In this document: positions 1 to 20,895 of the stretch, piece by piece
Position numbering within the stretch: position 1 is the first letter of the stretch
Layout of the letters: each line of letters begins with the position of its first letter
Source: Eledone cirrhosa
Taxonomy: Eukaryota
DNA: 64,000 nt
NCBI GenBank assembly: GCA_964016885.1
Contig: OZ024740.1
Coordinates: 114,328,001-114,392,000, forward strand
Direction of reading: 5' to 3'
The notes under the pieces: model-generated
Database searches by the model: none
What the model saw: the letters and a program-made list of their open reading frames with translations, nothing else
Told to the model about the DNA's origin: nothing
Position numbers and translations under genes: made by a program

Positions 1-1576
<1,576 letters not shown>

Positions 1577-1850
1577 GAAGGCGCATGGCTTAGTGGTTAA
1601 AGGATTTGGCTTGCAATCGAAAGGTTGTGAGTTCAATTCTCGGACCGGGTGATGTGTTGCTTCCTTGAGCAAGACACTTTATTTCACGTTGCTCCAGTTT
1701 ACTCAGCTGTAGGAATGAGTATCGGCCTGCCCGCACAGCCAGTGGGATGGCGTTATCTTATGGCTAAAACAGCACGATGTGCTGTGACCAGCGGCGCCGA
1801 TTGGCGCCCGACAGACTGGTTGGGCAAGGTGGATATCAAAGGGATATTCA
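1577..1850 (+). mobile_element. tRNA-derived SINE, CORE-like
   Basis: Box A TGGCTTAGTGG, box B GAGTTCAATTC, then CCTTGAGCAAGACACTT resembling the MIR/CORE domain. Confidence 0.7.
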
Positions 1851-1865
1851 CATACATACACACAC

Positions 1866-1926
<61 letters not shown>

Positions 1927-2087
1927 CAGTCACACATATAATGATACTAATACACCTTCCACTCTGCATTCCTACTCCTTACCAAAAGTGCCTAACTAGT
2001 TTCTTGTTTCCCTCTTCATTTTCATTATTTTTTTGTGTCTTTACGGGACCTTTTTTCTGTTTCTCCTTGTGATCCGGTCTCTATGTT

Positions 2088-2125
2088 GTACTCCTGAAGA
2101 AGGGCTTAATCCCGAAACGTCGAAC
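2088..2125 (+). ncRNA. Minimal PLE-type HHR in a solo pLTR remnant (about 1945-2200)
   Basis: CTGAAGA-A-GGG-cttaat-CCC-GAAA-CGTC; stem I is weak. Confidence 0.55.
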
Positions 2126-2227
2126 TGTCTTTCTTGTTTCCAATATAAAGGGAGAAACTACAAAATCCGTTTTGTACGTCTGTTTGTTATCTCCTTGAAA
2201 TATATGTATATATAAATATATATATTT

Positions 2228-2262
<35 letters not shown>

Positions 2263-2283
2263 CAAAACATACACACAACACAC

Positions 2284-2348
<65 letters not shown>

Positions 2349-2598
2349 AAAGCCAAAAACAGAAATGACAATGCAAACGAAATAATACAATGAAGAATAT
2401 ATTATTAGTTTTACGCTTTATATAGGAAAAAAGAGTCTTAACGTTTCGGACGCTATTTATTCATCAACAAATTGAGTCCATCTCTTTCCGCTCTCACATC
2501 AACATTGCTTTTTATCCATTCGAGGTTGATACAAAAGCACTGAATGCAATATCCACACCACCCCGCTATAATCAGAAGTATTTAACAATTCAATTCCC

Positions 2599-2667
<69 letters not shown>

Positions 2668-3107
2668 ACATATACGTACTGGCTGTTCAGGAAGTAAAAT
2701 CAACAATCCTTCTTATTCATATATCTATATAGGAAGAATAGTTCTCTATTTCTCAAACAACTATAGTCTGTCGGTCTCAGTGACCTCCTTGCCTTCCCCT
2801 TTTAACATATATAATTATTATTGCTGTCGCTAGGAGGATGTTCCGCTTTTCGAAATTGATTGAGCCAAATTCCTGGCAATAACATATGTTAATTCCCTAA
2901 AGACATCCACTTTCTTGGCAATAACATCTGTTAGTTTACCGAAGGATTTATTTTAACAGCAGTAAGACCTCGTACAGTAAAATCACTGTTACTCTTACAA
3001 ACGTCAAACAGAATATGTACGAGCTATAGAGAAAGTCAGTGAATGAAAGAGTGAGAGAGAAGGTGACATGAATGAGTAAGAAAATAAGGAAAGAGAGTGA
3101 AAAAAGC

Positions 3108-3171
<64 letters not shown>

Positions 3172-3702
3172 TTAAATGTATCAAGTAAACTCTATTTTCG
3201 CTATCTGACAAAATTAATTCGGGTTCTGCAAAGAGAAAATCTGTTTAACAATTGCCACAGTGACAAATCATTTGATTTCCGTAAAGTGTGAGTGGCGTTT
3301 GGAAATAATAGAAAAAAATCATTAAATGTATAAGCAACATCTCACTTAAGCTGTATTACACTATTACCACCACTATCACCAACAGCCCTACCATTATCTT
3401 TACCAGGTTTATTATTATCATTTCTCTACCAGATTCTCTATCATCATAAATATGGTGATTATCATTTTCGTCCTCAGCATACCATCACAATATTCTAAAA
3501 AGAACAACCTTTTTCGTCAATTAGTCAACTATACATATATATGTATATAAATATACATAAATATATATAAAATATATATGTATATATATGAAACATAAGT
3601 AACTGATTATATATAAGGAGTGACTGAACATACGGCTGGCACACTCGTGACTCTCAATAAGGAGACTGCTCCACAGATACAAAGCCACATATAGCAAAGT
3701 AG

Positions 3703-4530
3703 TCTTCTTCTTCTTCTTCTTCTTCTTCTTCTTCTTCTTCTTCTTCTTCTTCTTCTTCTTCTTCTTCTTCTTCTTCTTCTTCTTCTTCTTCTTCTTCTTC
3801 TTCTTCTTCTTCTTCTTCTTCTTCTTTTTTGTCCACATTTTCCTGGGAGGTCGTTGGAGCAGAGTCCTACAACACTCCTTCAAGCGAGACCAGCCAAACT
3901 CATGAATGTCATTCTACCATTTTGCTCGAGGTCTATAACGGAATCTCCTGGTGGATGATTTTGCCCGTAAAATCTGTTCCCGGATTCTTTCATGAGACAT
4001 TCTAAACACGTGCCCATAGTATCAGTGAAGCGAACTCTTAATTCGGAGAAATAGCGGCTCTCCCTGGAACGATTTTCTGATCAAACGAGCTACGCACTCC
4101 ATCCAATAATGTTACTCGAAATACCCTTCAGAGGAACCCCATTTCGGCCGCTTGTATTCAGGAATGTATTTTTGGTCATTACCCAAGATTCACGAACGTA
4201 TGTACGTGTTGGCATGAATACCGAACTGAAGATAGCGACTATAACTTTTATACTTACCGCCCTTCTTTTGATTATCCAGAACTGAAGTTGGCACATTACT
4301 GCACCAGCTCCTGCAATATTTTCACTTAGTTCAGCCTTCTACCTTCCATTACACGTGAACATGGCCCCAAGATCCTTGAACTTCTCCACCTCCTTCAGTG
4401 GAACACCACTCACATTTAATGTGCACTGCGCAGGTTCCTTGAGAGGACGAGTTTTTCAGTTTTCGCATCTCTGATTCTCATTCCAGCTATGCAGCACTAT
4501 GCATCAAACCTATGAAGTGCAAGTAGGAGA
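3703..4530 (-). mobile_element. Degraded RTE-clade LINE 3' fragment with (GAA)n tail
   Basis: Minus-strand translation EVEKFKDLGAMFTCNG...AIFSSVFMPTRTYVRESWVMT (post-YADD RT region). The (TTC)n tract at 3703-3825 is the 3' tail. Confidence 0.75.
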
Positions 4531-5731
4531 CCACCCCTTGTCGAATTAAATAACCCCATGTCGCCTACATGTATGTGTTGTTCATCTATTTGTTTGTAAG
4601 TCTGTGTTCGTACGTGTGTAACATTGCATTTGCGCGGGTTTGTATTCTTTTCCCTTACATGCGTGTGCCTAAATATGTATGTGCGTGCGCAAACGTGTAT
4701 CTGACTCACTGCGTGTTTGTAATTGAGTTTTTACGTGTGTACGTTTGTATATGTGTATGTTGACGTATGGTAGTGTATTTTCTCTGTGTGTATAAACCTG
4801 AATGCTTCCATATCTGATGTATAGTTGGATCTGTGCTCTATGAGGTGTATTAATAGGTGTCAAAGAGATAAGGAAGGACATCACAGATCTATAGTGGTTG
4901 ATGCAAGAATTAACTACTGACATAGGAAACCCACATTAACGTCTCTTGCCAAGAAGTAATCAATCAGATGTCATCGTCATATACATCAATAATATAGATA
5001 TATAGAGTAAAAAGCAAATAAGTTATAAACAAACATACAATTAGAAATGTGTACAGAAGTGTGTATATATATATATATATACGTGTGTGTGGATGTGTGT
5101 GTGTAGTTATATATATATATATATACATAAATATATGTGTGTGTATATATATATACATATATTATATTATATATATATGTATATATATATATTTGTGTGT
5201 GTGTGTTTATATATATATATAATAGATAAGTAAACATAATTATAACGAAAAATATATATCACAAATATGGAAAGGAAATGAATATAAAAAGATAGAAAAA
5301 AAACAGGAAAGCACCATTGGAAGTGCATAAGACCATAAATAATTTATGGCACAACCTCAAAAACATGACAAATTCGTAAAGAAATGTAAAAGAAGTATTG
5401 AATAACGGAAGATAAAATAAAATATAATGAAATATAATAAAATAAAATAACACCCGTGCAAAAGTTAATAAAAACAAAACAAGAACATATCTTTAATTTT
5501 ATCTATGGCCAAGGAATTGGATATACATTTGTTATATTCCATTTTCTCTTGTTATTCTTGTTGTTGATCCATTAGACATTATTGCTTGTTATTACTTCCT
5601 TTTATCTTTTATATTATTATCATCAGCATTATCCTTGTTAATAATGTTATTATTAGTATTTTTTTAGAATTCTTACTCTACTATCACTGTTACGACTATT
5701 ATCATTATCGTCATCATTATTATTATCATTA

Positions 5732-6215
5732 TCCTGCCGAGGTCAACTTTGCCTTTCATCCTTACGGGGTCGATAAAATAAAGTACCAGTAATGCACTGG
5801 GTAATTGCTGGCCTTGTGCCAAAAGTAGAAACAATTATTATTATCATTATATCGGTAGAGTGTCCGACGCCATGGTTTCCAGCATAGAGTTACGTCCCTT
5901 TATGGTCTGAGTTCTAATCCCGCCGAGGTTAACTTTGCTTTTCATCCTTACGGGGTCGATAAACTAAGGTACCAGTAATGCACTGAAATAATTGCTGGCC
6001 ATGTGCCAGAAGCAGAAACGGTAATTATTGTGGATTGGCAGTATCGGTAGAGAGTCGGGCTCATTGCTTTGCAGCATAGAGTTACGCCCCTTTACGATCT
6101 GAGTTAAAATCCCGCCGAGGTTAATGTTGCCTTTCATCCTTACGGTGTCGATAAGAAAAAGTACCAGTAATGCACTAGAGTATTTGCTTGTCTTGTGCGA
6201 AACGTAGAAACAATT
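5732..6215 (+). mobile_element. Three tandem copies (first 5'-truncated) of a tRNA-derived SINE with a Meta/MESC-like central domain
   Basis: Repeated GCCGAGGTYAACTTTGCCTTTCATCCTTACGGGGTCGATAAAATAAAGTACCAG, preceded by box A TGGCAGTATCGG and box B GAGTTCAAATCC-like motifs. Confidence 0.85.
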
Positions 6216-6264
6216 ATCATCATCATCATCCTGATCACCATCATCATGATCACCATCATCATCA

Positions 6265-6319
<55 letters not shown>

Positions 6320-6704
6320 CATCATCATCATCATCATCATCATTATTATTATTTAACTTTTAATCTTTGCTACCGACAGTAAAGTCACATCAAAAGCATT
6401 TTTCACGCAATAAAATTTATGAGGGGAAAGGAATAAAGAAAAAAAAAACATAAAACTTACAGAAAGAAAGAAAGAACCCGAAATAAACTAAAAAAAAAAA
6501 AATACACAGGAGAAAATAAGAAATAGAAAAACAAGAAAAAACACAGTAGAAAATTATATCGAAAAAAATCTAGGCAGCCGACAAATTACTTCGTAAAAAC
6601 CTATTTATTATTATTACGTTTTTTTTCAGTTACCAACTTAACGATGTGTCAATAAATCAATCAATTAATCCAGTCATCCGTTTATCGATGAATCAGTCTA
6701 TAAC

Positions 6705-6797
<93 letters not shown>

Positions 6798-6900
6798 CTT
6801 CACGTATGTTTATCTAAATGTAGATTCGGTATGTGACACTTTCATTACTTCTTACTCCCTCCTATTTTGTTATATCATATATATATATACAAATATACAT

Positions 6901-6980
<80 letters not shown>

Positions 6981-7115
6981 ATATATGTTTTTGTGTATGA
7001 ATGTGTGTATATATATATACATATATATAAATATATATGTATATATATATGCCTGTGTGTATGTATGTGTGTATGTATATATATATATATAAATAAGTAT
7101 ATATATATATATGTC

Positions 7116-7182
<67 letters not shown>

Positions 7183-7769
7183 GGAAGCTGTCGCCGCTTT
7201 ATTGCACGAAAGCAACACAAGTCGATATATCTGGAGTGATGCGATCGACACTCGATGGTAAAATAAAAGTTCATTTGTTCAGAGTTGCAATTATGAAATC
7301 GATATTATAATGGCTTTCTACAGAATTAGTAGATAACACGTAGGATTCGGACTGAGAATAACAACTTATACCTACGAAGATACATTTACCTGAAATGTTA
7401 GCTAAAACCGCTGCATATGGTAAAATATGTAGTTAACTACATACCTTCTCATTCGCAGTAAATATATATGCAAGTGGGAAGATGCAAGTAAACCTTTATT
7501 TTTATATGCTTTTATTCATTTGCGATGATAGGCTGAAGGTCTCATTTTCTATGGATCCGACTCGAAGATCGATCTGCACGTGAGAAGATGTGCAGATTCA
7601 CCCAGTATATACATTTTTTTAAATGTAAAATTCAATGACTAACTAAACATAGAGTGACAGCGCATGTGATAACTCTTTTGCGAAACGTGTCATTACACAC
7701 AAACACACACCGACGCCCCCCCCCCCCCCCACACACACACATCCGCCCCCACCCTCACACACACGCACG

Positions 7770-7826
<57 letters not shown>

Positions 7827-8302
7827 GCGTATATATATATATTAGGTTGAACATTCTGAACGAGCTATAGTATAATATATATAAATATATATATAAATAC
7901 AATATTGGAGAAAGCTTTTTAGCGATACTCCGGCCAAATTCCAACTCACTCAACAAACATTAGGAAATAAGTGATTATATTCCCAATTATGTGTTCGGGG
8001 TGCTAACTAAAAGTATTGCGTGGAAAGTTGGCTGTATTATTTCAAATGAGATATATCTAATATATCTCTTCCCAGACGGACGTCTCGTTTCATTATAGGA
8101 TTCTTACAATTTGGGTGAAATTATACCAATTTATGTAGGAGCTTGTATACCATCAATAGATATATATTCAAGTGGGCTCCTATAATTCAGCAGTGGGTGC
8201 CCCAATAATACTAATATTGATAATCTAACCAACATCAGCATTTAGCGATAATCACTTTCTGTGCCTGAGGTATCTGTCAGGTTGCCAGTCCAGCAGTTCT
8301 AT

Positions 8303-10682
<2,380 letters not shown>

Positions 10683-10698
10683 TATATATATATATCTA

Positions 10699-12509
<1,811 letters not shown>

Positions 12510-12520
12510 TATAATTATAT

Positions 12521-12766
<246 letters not shown>

Positions 12767-12874
12767 GGAAGCCCCAACTGTTAAGGTTGTCTTTCTTTTT
12801 TTCCGGGTATGTCAATATTTATTTATAAAATAAATATGGTTTTATAAATATAGTTTCCATTTATTTATTTATTG

Positions 12875-12933
<59 letters not shown>

Positions 12934-13107
12934 TTATATACATATGATACTATAGCTCGTTCAGAATGTTCGACCTAATTCAATATCATGATAGCCTACT
13001 ACAAAAGCAAGAACTCTCATCACCTGATATCTTTAGAAGTATTATTTCTGGACCACATGGCGGTTCAATAATGTTATTGGCCCAACCATACATAGGTACA
13101 CACCTGT

Positions 13108-13174
<67 letters not shown>

Positions 13175-13701
13175 TGTGAATAGTGCAATAAATAATGAAC
13201 AAGTAATGGGAGAGATCTATAAACAATGGAATAGCTTTGTATTTATTAATTACATATAACGATATTGCATGACATAATAATATATCTATACGGGAATCCG
13301 TATGTTCATGTTTGTAGGTGGCGTATGTGTGTTTGTGTGTGTATGTTTGTGTGTTTGTGTATTTAATAACCAAGAATTCACACAGGTTCGAGATCATACA
13401 GTGCGTGGTATCGCACTTATCAAACACGGATCATTTTGTGGATCGATAAATGAGTTATCGATCAAAGGTTTTTGATTGACGGAACTGAGAGTGACTCTGA
13501 TGAGATGCATTGCACTATCTGTTTCTTCTCTTTAAATTCTGATTTTAATTATCCAACTTATTCAATCAAAAGTAAATTTATTGCAAAGCACTCTCGTCGA
13601 ACTCTAATCCAACCTATATGAACTCTAATGGAAATTAACGAAAACTGTATATAAAAACACACACTCATATACTCACTCCCCTCAGAAAAGAAAATTGTGT
13701 G

Positions 13702-13743
<42 letters not shown>

Positions 13744-13912
13744 GAGAGAGAGAGAGAGAGAGTCGTTCCACAACAGTTAGTTCACGTTACCGAGAACGAA
13801 TGTTTCACAAACTCGTCCCATGGACTGTGTGCTCTACTATATATGTATCTACTAACGGATAGATATATATATAAATATTTGTGTGTGTTTATGTGTGTGT
13901 GGGTTTGTGTGC

Positions 13913-14300
<388 letters not shown>

Positions 14301-14311
14301 TACATAATATA

Positions 14312-14360
<49 letters not shown>

Positions 14361-14362
<2 letters not shown>

Positions 14363-15381
14363 TTGGCCCCGCCACGCTTTTTGGAACGCTTCAAAAGGCA
14401 TGCTTGCTGGGAACAGCAAGAACACTCCGATACGTCCTGAATATCTCAGGCTGCAGGTAGTGGCTTGATATTCCAGTAAACTAACATCAATGACTGAGAC
14501 TCAAAGAGGAAAATACCCAGAGCGAGCTAACAATCCTGATGTTGACAAAACCTTAACCCATCAGTGGTTGGCATCCGCTGGACTGAAATCGGAGACTGAA
14601 GGACTGATTATATCGGCACAAGATCAGTGTCTGCCAACAAAATATTACCAAGCCAACATAATAAAAAATGGGTGCAGCCCATTATGCCGTGTATGCAAAA
14701 AACAACCAGAGACCATTGACCATATAATTTCAATGTTTGGTCCTATAGCTCCAACCGAATACCTAAACAGGCATGACAGAGCTGCACAATACATACATTG
14801 GATAATGTGTAAGCATTTTGACCTGCCCCATCAAAAGAATTGGTGGGAGCATCAACCACCTCCCATACTTGAAAAAGATCACATCTCAATCTTGTTGAAC
14901 TTTAGCATCCAAACAGACCGAAAAATAGATGCAAACAGACCTGATATAATATTGAAAGACTTTCAAAAGAGGGTATGCCTGCTAATTGATATGTCTGTTC
15001 CAATAGACAAGAATGTATCTATAAAAGACAAGAATGTATCTACCTGGAGATAGAAATTGGAAAAATGTGGAAATTGAGAACTAAAACAATACCAGTGGTT
15101 GTAGGCGCTCTGGGAATGATACCTAAGGGGGCTAATGATTACTTATCGCAAATCCCAGGAAACCCGCGTATAGGAGAAATACAAAAGATAGTACTAATGG
15201 GAACTGCCCATATACTAAGGAAGATTCTGTCAATATAAGTACATCACAAGTCTAAACACTAAAGATGCATGTGTGAATATGTATGTTCTTTCTTGAACAT
15301 GGCGGACCTTGTTGTCTCTTGATGTCACTGGTTGTGACTTGGTGATAACCCGTATGAACATAAAGCAAGATAAATGCAACT

Positions 15382-15416
<35 letters not shown>
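14361..15416 (+). mobile_element. R4/Dong-like non-LTR retrotransposon 3' part (zinc knuckle plus REL endonuclease), in (TAA)n
   Basis: WL...LKSETEGLIISAQDQ, CRVC...ETIDHI, RHD, RPDI, IQKIVLMGTAHILRKILS; (TAA)n on both sides. Confidence 0.85.
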
Positions 15417-15417
<1 letters not shown>

Positions 15418-15449
15418 TTTATACTTATATATACACTATATATAATTAT

Positions 15450-15763
15450 AAACAGGAAAGGTCAGTAATTCATTAGTACCTTATTACTAGTAAGAAAAAT
15501 AGCTCAATGTAAATACCTGAGATATTTTACAAAGCAGGTATATATAAATTGCAGAATAATCAAACTATGTTCAAAACATTTTATTGGTGACAATCGTTTC
15601 TTCCAAACTTTTGGAACACTAGCAAAGTTTAGACATATAATTAACTTCCTATCCCACAGAACAATCATAAACTTTGCTAGGGATCCGATGAGACCAAACG
15701 AAAGTTTGGAAGAAACGATTGTCAGCAATAAAATGTTTTGAACATAGTTTTGATTATTCTGTA

Positions 15764-15770
<7 letters not shown>
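15450..15770. mobile_element. Palindromic non-coding element with a degenerate HHR
   Basis: Inverted arms at about 15541-15630 and 15670-15770; CCGATGA-(CCAAAC gaaa GTTTGG)-GAAA-CGATTG-TC at 15685-15723. Confidence 0.6.
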
Positions 15771-15813
<43 letters not shown>

Positions 15814-16823
15814 TTTTCTTTGTGTGTATTGGTTCAATGTGAGTACATGTGTGAACTTGTATACCTGCTCGAATATGAAGCAGTTGACTTTTATGTATGC
15901 GTGTATATATGCACGTATAAATGTCAAGATGAACATCCTACGTTCGATAATTACACGCACACGCACACACACACACACACACACATTAATACACACACAT
16001 TAACACACAAACACACGCACACACACACACACATGTATATATATCTATATACACGCGTGCGTATTTGTATGTGTAATAGAAGCTTTGCAACATATTCTCC
16101 TATATCTAATTTCATTTATTATAAAACCAAACATACGTTTATAGATAAAACAAAATTCATCAACATTACTTCTAATGAATTATCACAGCAACATGAAATA
16201 TCATACTGATGGTACATGAAATATCACACTACTACCAAATATCTCCCAGGTTAATGCTTGCAACGCTCTTTCACTTACGCCATGTAATAAACGAATTCAT
16301 CGGTGTAAGTATTTCATTGCAACTAATTCAGTTATTGACATAGTGATATTACTGACATTATCACAAAACCCGACCACATGCTGTCGCTTAAATATTGATT
16401 TTTATTGTCAATTAGTACATTGTTTTATTAGCATCCTCCAGCGTCTCTTCTCTATAAAATATACTGGAAATACTTTCCAAGTTCCATATTTTCTCATGGG
16501 GGGATAGAGAAGCTAGAGCTAACATCTATGTAATCAATTCTGAATATGTTCGATATCATTGGAGTTTTCACTACGACATTTTAACCATTATTCAAATCTT
16601 TGTTACTTTTTGATTAAACACGAAGAGAATGTCTCATAGATGTTAATCGAATCGATACAGTGGTTGGTTTATTGATTAACGTTCCATTGAAAGCATACAT
16701 ATCTTGTGGCAATTTGAACTGAAAGGATAGAGGGATATGTCTCTGACTTCCAAGGGGTATGTATTTAAATTTTTAAAAGTCGGTAGGGTATTACTCGAGA
16801 TTTTGTTACAGTTTAATCAGTAA

Positions 16824-17027
16824 ACGAGTCGGCTGAAAAGTTCAAAGGCTGAATAGTCGATAGGCTGAAAAAGATACTCTCATCAAATGAGGTTTATTTT
16901 TCAACATAGCCCCTGAACAGAAACAGGGCTGATATTAATAAGAAGAGTTGAAATTAATGCATGCAATATTTCGCAGCTCTATCATCACTCCTTAACAGTC
17001 AGCCAATGAAGGATTCAGCCCACCATC
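16824..17027. mobile_element. Decayed Tc1/mariner-type non-autonomous element
   Basis: Imperfect inverted ends GGCTGAAAAGTTCAAAGGCTGA / TCAGCCAATGAAGGATTCAGCC. Confidence 0.4.
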
Positions 17028-17254
17028 AACCGTTCTTTACCCATATATCTTTAAGGGTCTCCAAAATATAGTAGAAGAAGAGAGATAGGATTAAACCAGA
17101 AACATGGCACGAGTTACTTCAGCAGTGAGACTCCGATCGGAATAAATATCCATGGGTTGTTTGCTTGCTATACATCACACTGATTCTCACATAACCTACT
17201 CTTGTATTATGAATACATATCTGTGCGCACACATACACACACATGCATGCACAC

Positions 17255-17290
<36 letters not shown>

Positions 17291-17464
17291 AAATTTCGCT
17301 CTACATGACTGAATACAATAAATGTAATCTGAGTTTTTCGAATATTAATAATAACATTCGATTCATTTGCAATTATGCAAACAAGCCTACTGACATGGCT
17401 ATAAAATTGAGGCGTGTTTGCATAATTGCAGACGAATCGAATGTTATTATTAATATTAATATCA

Positions 17465-17855
17465 GGGCGGTAGATTGGCAGTATCGGTGGAGGGTCGGAC
17501 GCCATGCTTTCCAGCATAGTTACGTCCCTTTACGATCTGAGTTCAAATCTCGCCGAGGTTGACTTTGCCTTTCATCCTTACGGGGTCGATAAAATAAAGT
17601 ACCAGTAATGAACTGGGTAATTGCTGGCCTTGTGCCTAAAGTAGAAACAATTATTAATATTAGTAGGGCGGTGGATTAGCAGTATCAGTAGAGGGTCGGA
17701 CGCCATGCTTTCCAACATAGTTACGTCCCTTTACGATCTGAGTTCAAATCCCGCCGAGGTTGACTTTGCCTTTCATCCTTACGGGGTCGATAAAATAAAG
17801 TACCAGTAATGCACTGGATAATTACTGGCCTTGTGCCTAGAGTAGAAACAATTAT
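17465..17855 (+). mobile_element. Tandem dimer of the tRNA-derived SINE
   Basis: Two full copies at about 17465-17655 and 17665-17855. Confidence 0.9.
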
Positions 17856-17928
17856 TTATATTAGAAAAACTCAGATTACATTTATATCACCTTGACCTTG
17901 ACCGACCAGTATTATATATATATAATAG

Positions 17929-18119
17929 AGGGTGGTGGATTGGAAGTATCGGTAGAGAGTCGGACACCATGCTTTGACGCATAGAGTTACGGCCCTTGCC
18001 ATTCTGAGTTCAAATCCCGCCGAGGTTAACTTTGCCTTTCATCCTTACGGAGTCGATAAAATAAAGTACCAGTAATGTACTGGTAATTGCTGGCCTTGTG
18101 ACAATAGTAGAAACAATTA
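17929..18119 (+). mobile_element. tRNA-derived SINE
   Basis: Same family as 17465-17655. Confidence 0.9.
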
Positions 18120-19294
18120 TATATATATAATAGAATTAGAATTTAGCTTCGAGCATAGCTGTATACAGATATGTATTGGAATTTCATATTTTAAAGAAAT
18201 ACGCTATTTATATAAATAAACACTTAGAAAGCCGTAGCTGTGCAGAAAAACGGGTGGCTATCACCACCTGCCGGTATCCAGCTTCTGCTGGACTATATAT
18301 ATGATTCATTTATGTTAGGTTGTTTGCTAATGGGTAGAAATGGTGGTTAAGGATGGTAAACAGTGATGGAACAAATTAATTAAAGCACGAATGAAACAGT
18401 TTTGCTCTTATAGAAGTCATTTTTATATACAATAAAGATGCCAACACTCTACTAACTGTGTTTAACCCCCGATACAATTCGGAAACCTACATATTATATA
18501 TATATATATATTGTGTTCCGAAGAGATTGTTTTGGTAAAAACAGGAGCAAGCAGGAGAAAGCTCTCAACATTTGTAGTTTGTAGTTACGATGGAGATTCT
18601 GTATAATAATAACATTAATAAAGATGCTGATGTTACATGAATTGTTTATTCATTATAATTATTTCAACGGTTCTCCCATGCAATCAAGATGTAATTCATG
18701 TAGTTGTTGTTGTTATGAGAACGGTATCATCAGATGAAATTTGATTTTGTGATATGCCGCCGGCAGGAAAAAACTCACGTCCTTCTGATCATGCGACCAG
18801 CCGATATATGATTTCCTGAAAAGGTGTCCCAACCGTCGTGTTTACTGGAGCAAAGTACTATTCACGTGTCAATTAGCGAAATCAAGATTCACGCATCCCC
18901 CCACGGAATTAAGATCGTAAATCAGCAGAAAGGTAACCCCTCAAGTATGTTGTGTTGATCTGTATCAAACGATAGTCAATGTGTAGCCGGAATCCAGTAG
19001 ATTAATAAAAAGAACTCTGAGGGAGGGTGAGGTATATATAGTTTGTTGATAGCCACATTCAAGAGATAACAAAAATAAAAAAATAACCGAAATAACAAAA
19101 TAAACGACACAGTACAATGAATAAATATCTTAGTTTTACGTTTGAAATAGTAGGAAAATAGTCTTAACGTTTCGAACGCTAGTCATGCATCGGAAAATAG
19201 AATGAGAAATTAAAGATGAAATAGATAGATATAGGAGAGTGAGTAGTGACAGAAACGGAAAACAATTTCTTGTGTGTGTATATATAAGTTTAAG

Positions 19295-19331
<37 letters not shown>

Positions 19332-19505
19332 ATATGTGCGTGGGGGTGTATGAGGACGTTTAAAAGGATATATACATATCCATTTCTATCAATACAGTTT
19401 GGTAGCTCATAAGGCACAATTTAATTGCCTTGATTGTGTAGTTATGTGGAAGTTGTGTAGTTGTTAACAACAACCAATATAACCATTTAAGTGTTTTGGT
19501 TAACA

Positions 19506-19918
19506 TTGGCAGTATCGGTAGAGGGTCGGACGCCATGCTTTCCAGCATAGTTACGTCCCTTTACGATCTGAGTTTAAATCCCGCCGAGGTTGACTTTGCT
19601 TTTCATCCTTACGGGGTCGATAAAATAAAGTACCAGTAATGCACTGAGTAATTGCTGTCCTTGTGCCTAAAGTAGAAACAATTATTTGGTAGATTGTTAG
19701 GGCAGTGGATTAGCACTATCAATAGAGGGTCAGACGCTATGCTTTGCAACATAGACTTACGGCCCTTTATGGTCTGAGTTCAAATCCCGCCGACCTTAAC
19801 TTTGCCTTTCTTCCTTACGGGGTCGATGAACTAAAATATCAGTCACGCACTGGGTCGATTTAATCGACTTTCCCCTCCCCATAAATTGCTGGCCTTGTGC
19901 CTATATAAGAAACCGTTA
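19506..19918 (+). mobile_element. SINE dimer (short-tail plus long-tail variant)
   Basis: Two copies; TTATTTGGTAGATTGTT follows each. Confidence 0.88.
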
Positions 19919-20750
19919 TTTGGTAGATTGTTGAGTATATCTAGATCATCTCGTATATTACTTTTTCGTGTTCCAGCTTTTATATTAAAATACTCAAGTA
20001 AATTTAATCAATTAATATCCTCCCCAAAAATTTTGGTCTCATGATACTTTTTGCAATCATCATTAAATTTATGAAGGAGCTGTGAATGGCAAAATCATTA
20101 GAACCTCTAACAAAAAGCTCTATGATGTATAGTTACACCATTTTACGTCCTGCATTCTAATCTTACCAATATCAATTTTGTTTCAGGGATTGGTTGATAA
20201 AGTAATATACCGCTCAAGTACTGTGGTCGATATTATATAACCAACATTTCTACTCCCACACCTAATATTTATTGTTTTGAGATTTTCCTATTATTATGCT
20301 TCACTCCCAAATAAAACATCGTTAACATTATTACCACCATCACACCCACCACAGCCATCATAAAAATGAATCATAATGGTAATTAATGTACAACGTAACA
20401 TGAGTTAAAGTAATCTTACTTAAATTTCTCATTATAGAATACTTCCCATCAAATAATTATGAAAGAAAATAAAAACATATAATAATAGTAAAGAATTAAA
20501 ATTAATTTTAACCTGCAAATAGCTTGATGGAAAATCACATAGTAGCAGAGAAATCAGATAGAATTTCTACGCAGATTTTAGTCTTAATCAATATCTATCG
20601 AAATTACACGTAGTGTTATGATGTAGAATTACCAACATTGTTAATTGATTGTATTCGCTTCGCTTTTTAAAGTGAAGATTATATTTCAATTAATATTTTG
20701 TTTCATTTTAATGTCTTCACATGAAATTAACTTCACACAAGCGCACACAA

Positions 20751-20838
20751 AAACGAAACAACACACATCACATAAACGAAACAACACACATCACATAAAC
20801 GAAACAACACACATCACATAAACGAAACAACACACAAA
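20751..20838. repeat. 23-bp minisatellite AAACGAAACAACACACATCACAT, about 3.7 copies
   Basis: Directly visible. Confidence 0.85.
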
Positions 20839-20854
20839 CGCGTGCGCGTACACA

Positions 20855-20895
<41 letters not shown>

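Noticed and set aside
1577-1650. tRNA genes (also SINE heads and 45960-45990)
   Set aside because: Only A/B boxes are present, with no complete cloverleaf; most run directly into SINE bodies.
2430-2470. HHR remnants here and at about 19160-19195
   Set aside because: Only the GAAACGTTAAGAC half survives; stem II and the core are broken.
7200-8300. Possible old LINE/PLE remnants
   Set aside because: Only a few suggestive residues ([11 protein letters not shown]; ILEKAF), too decayed to classify.
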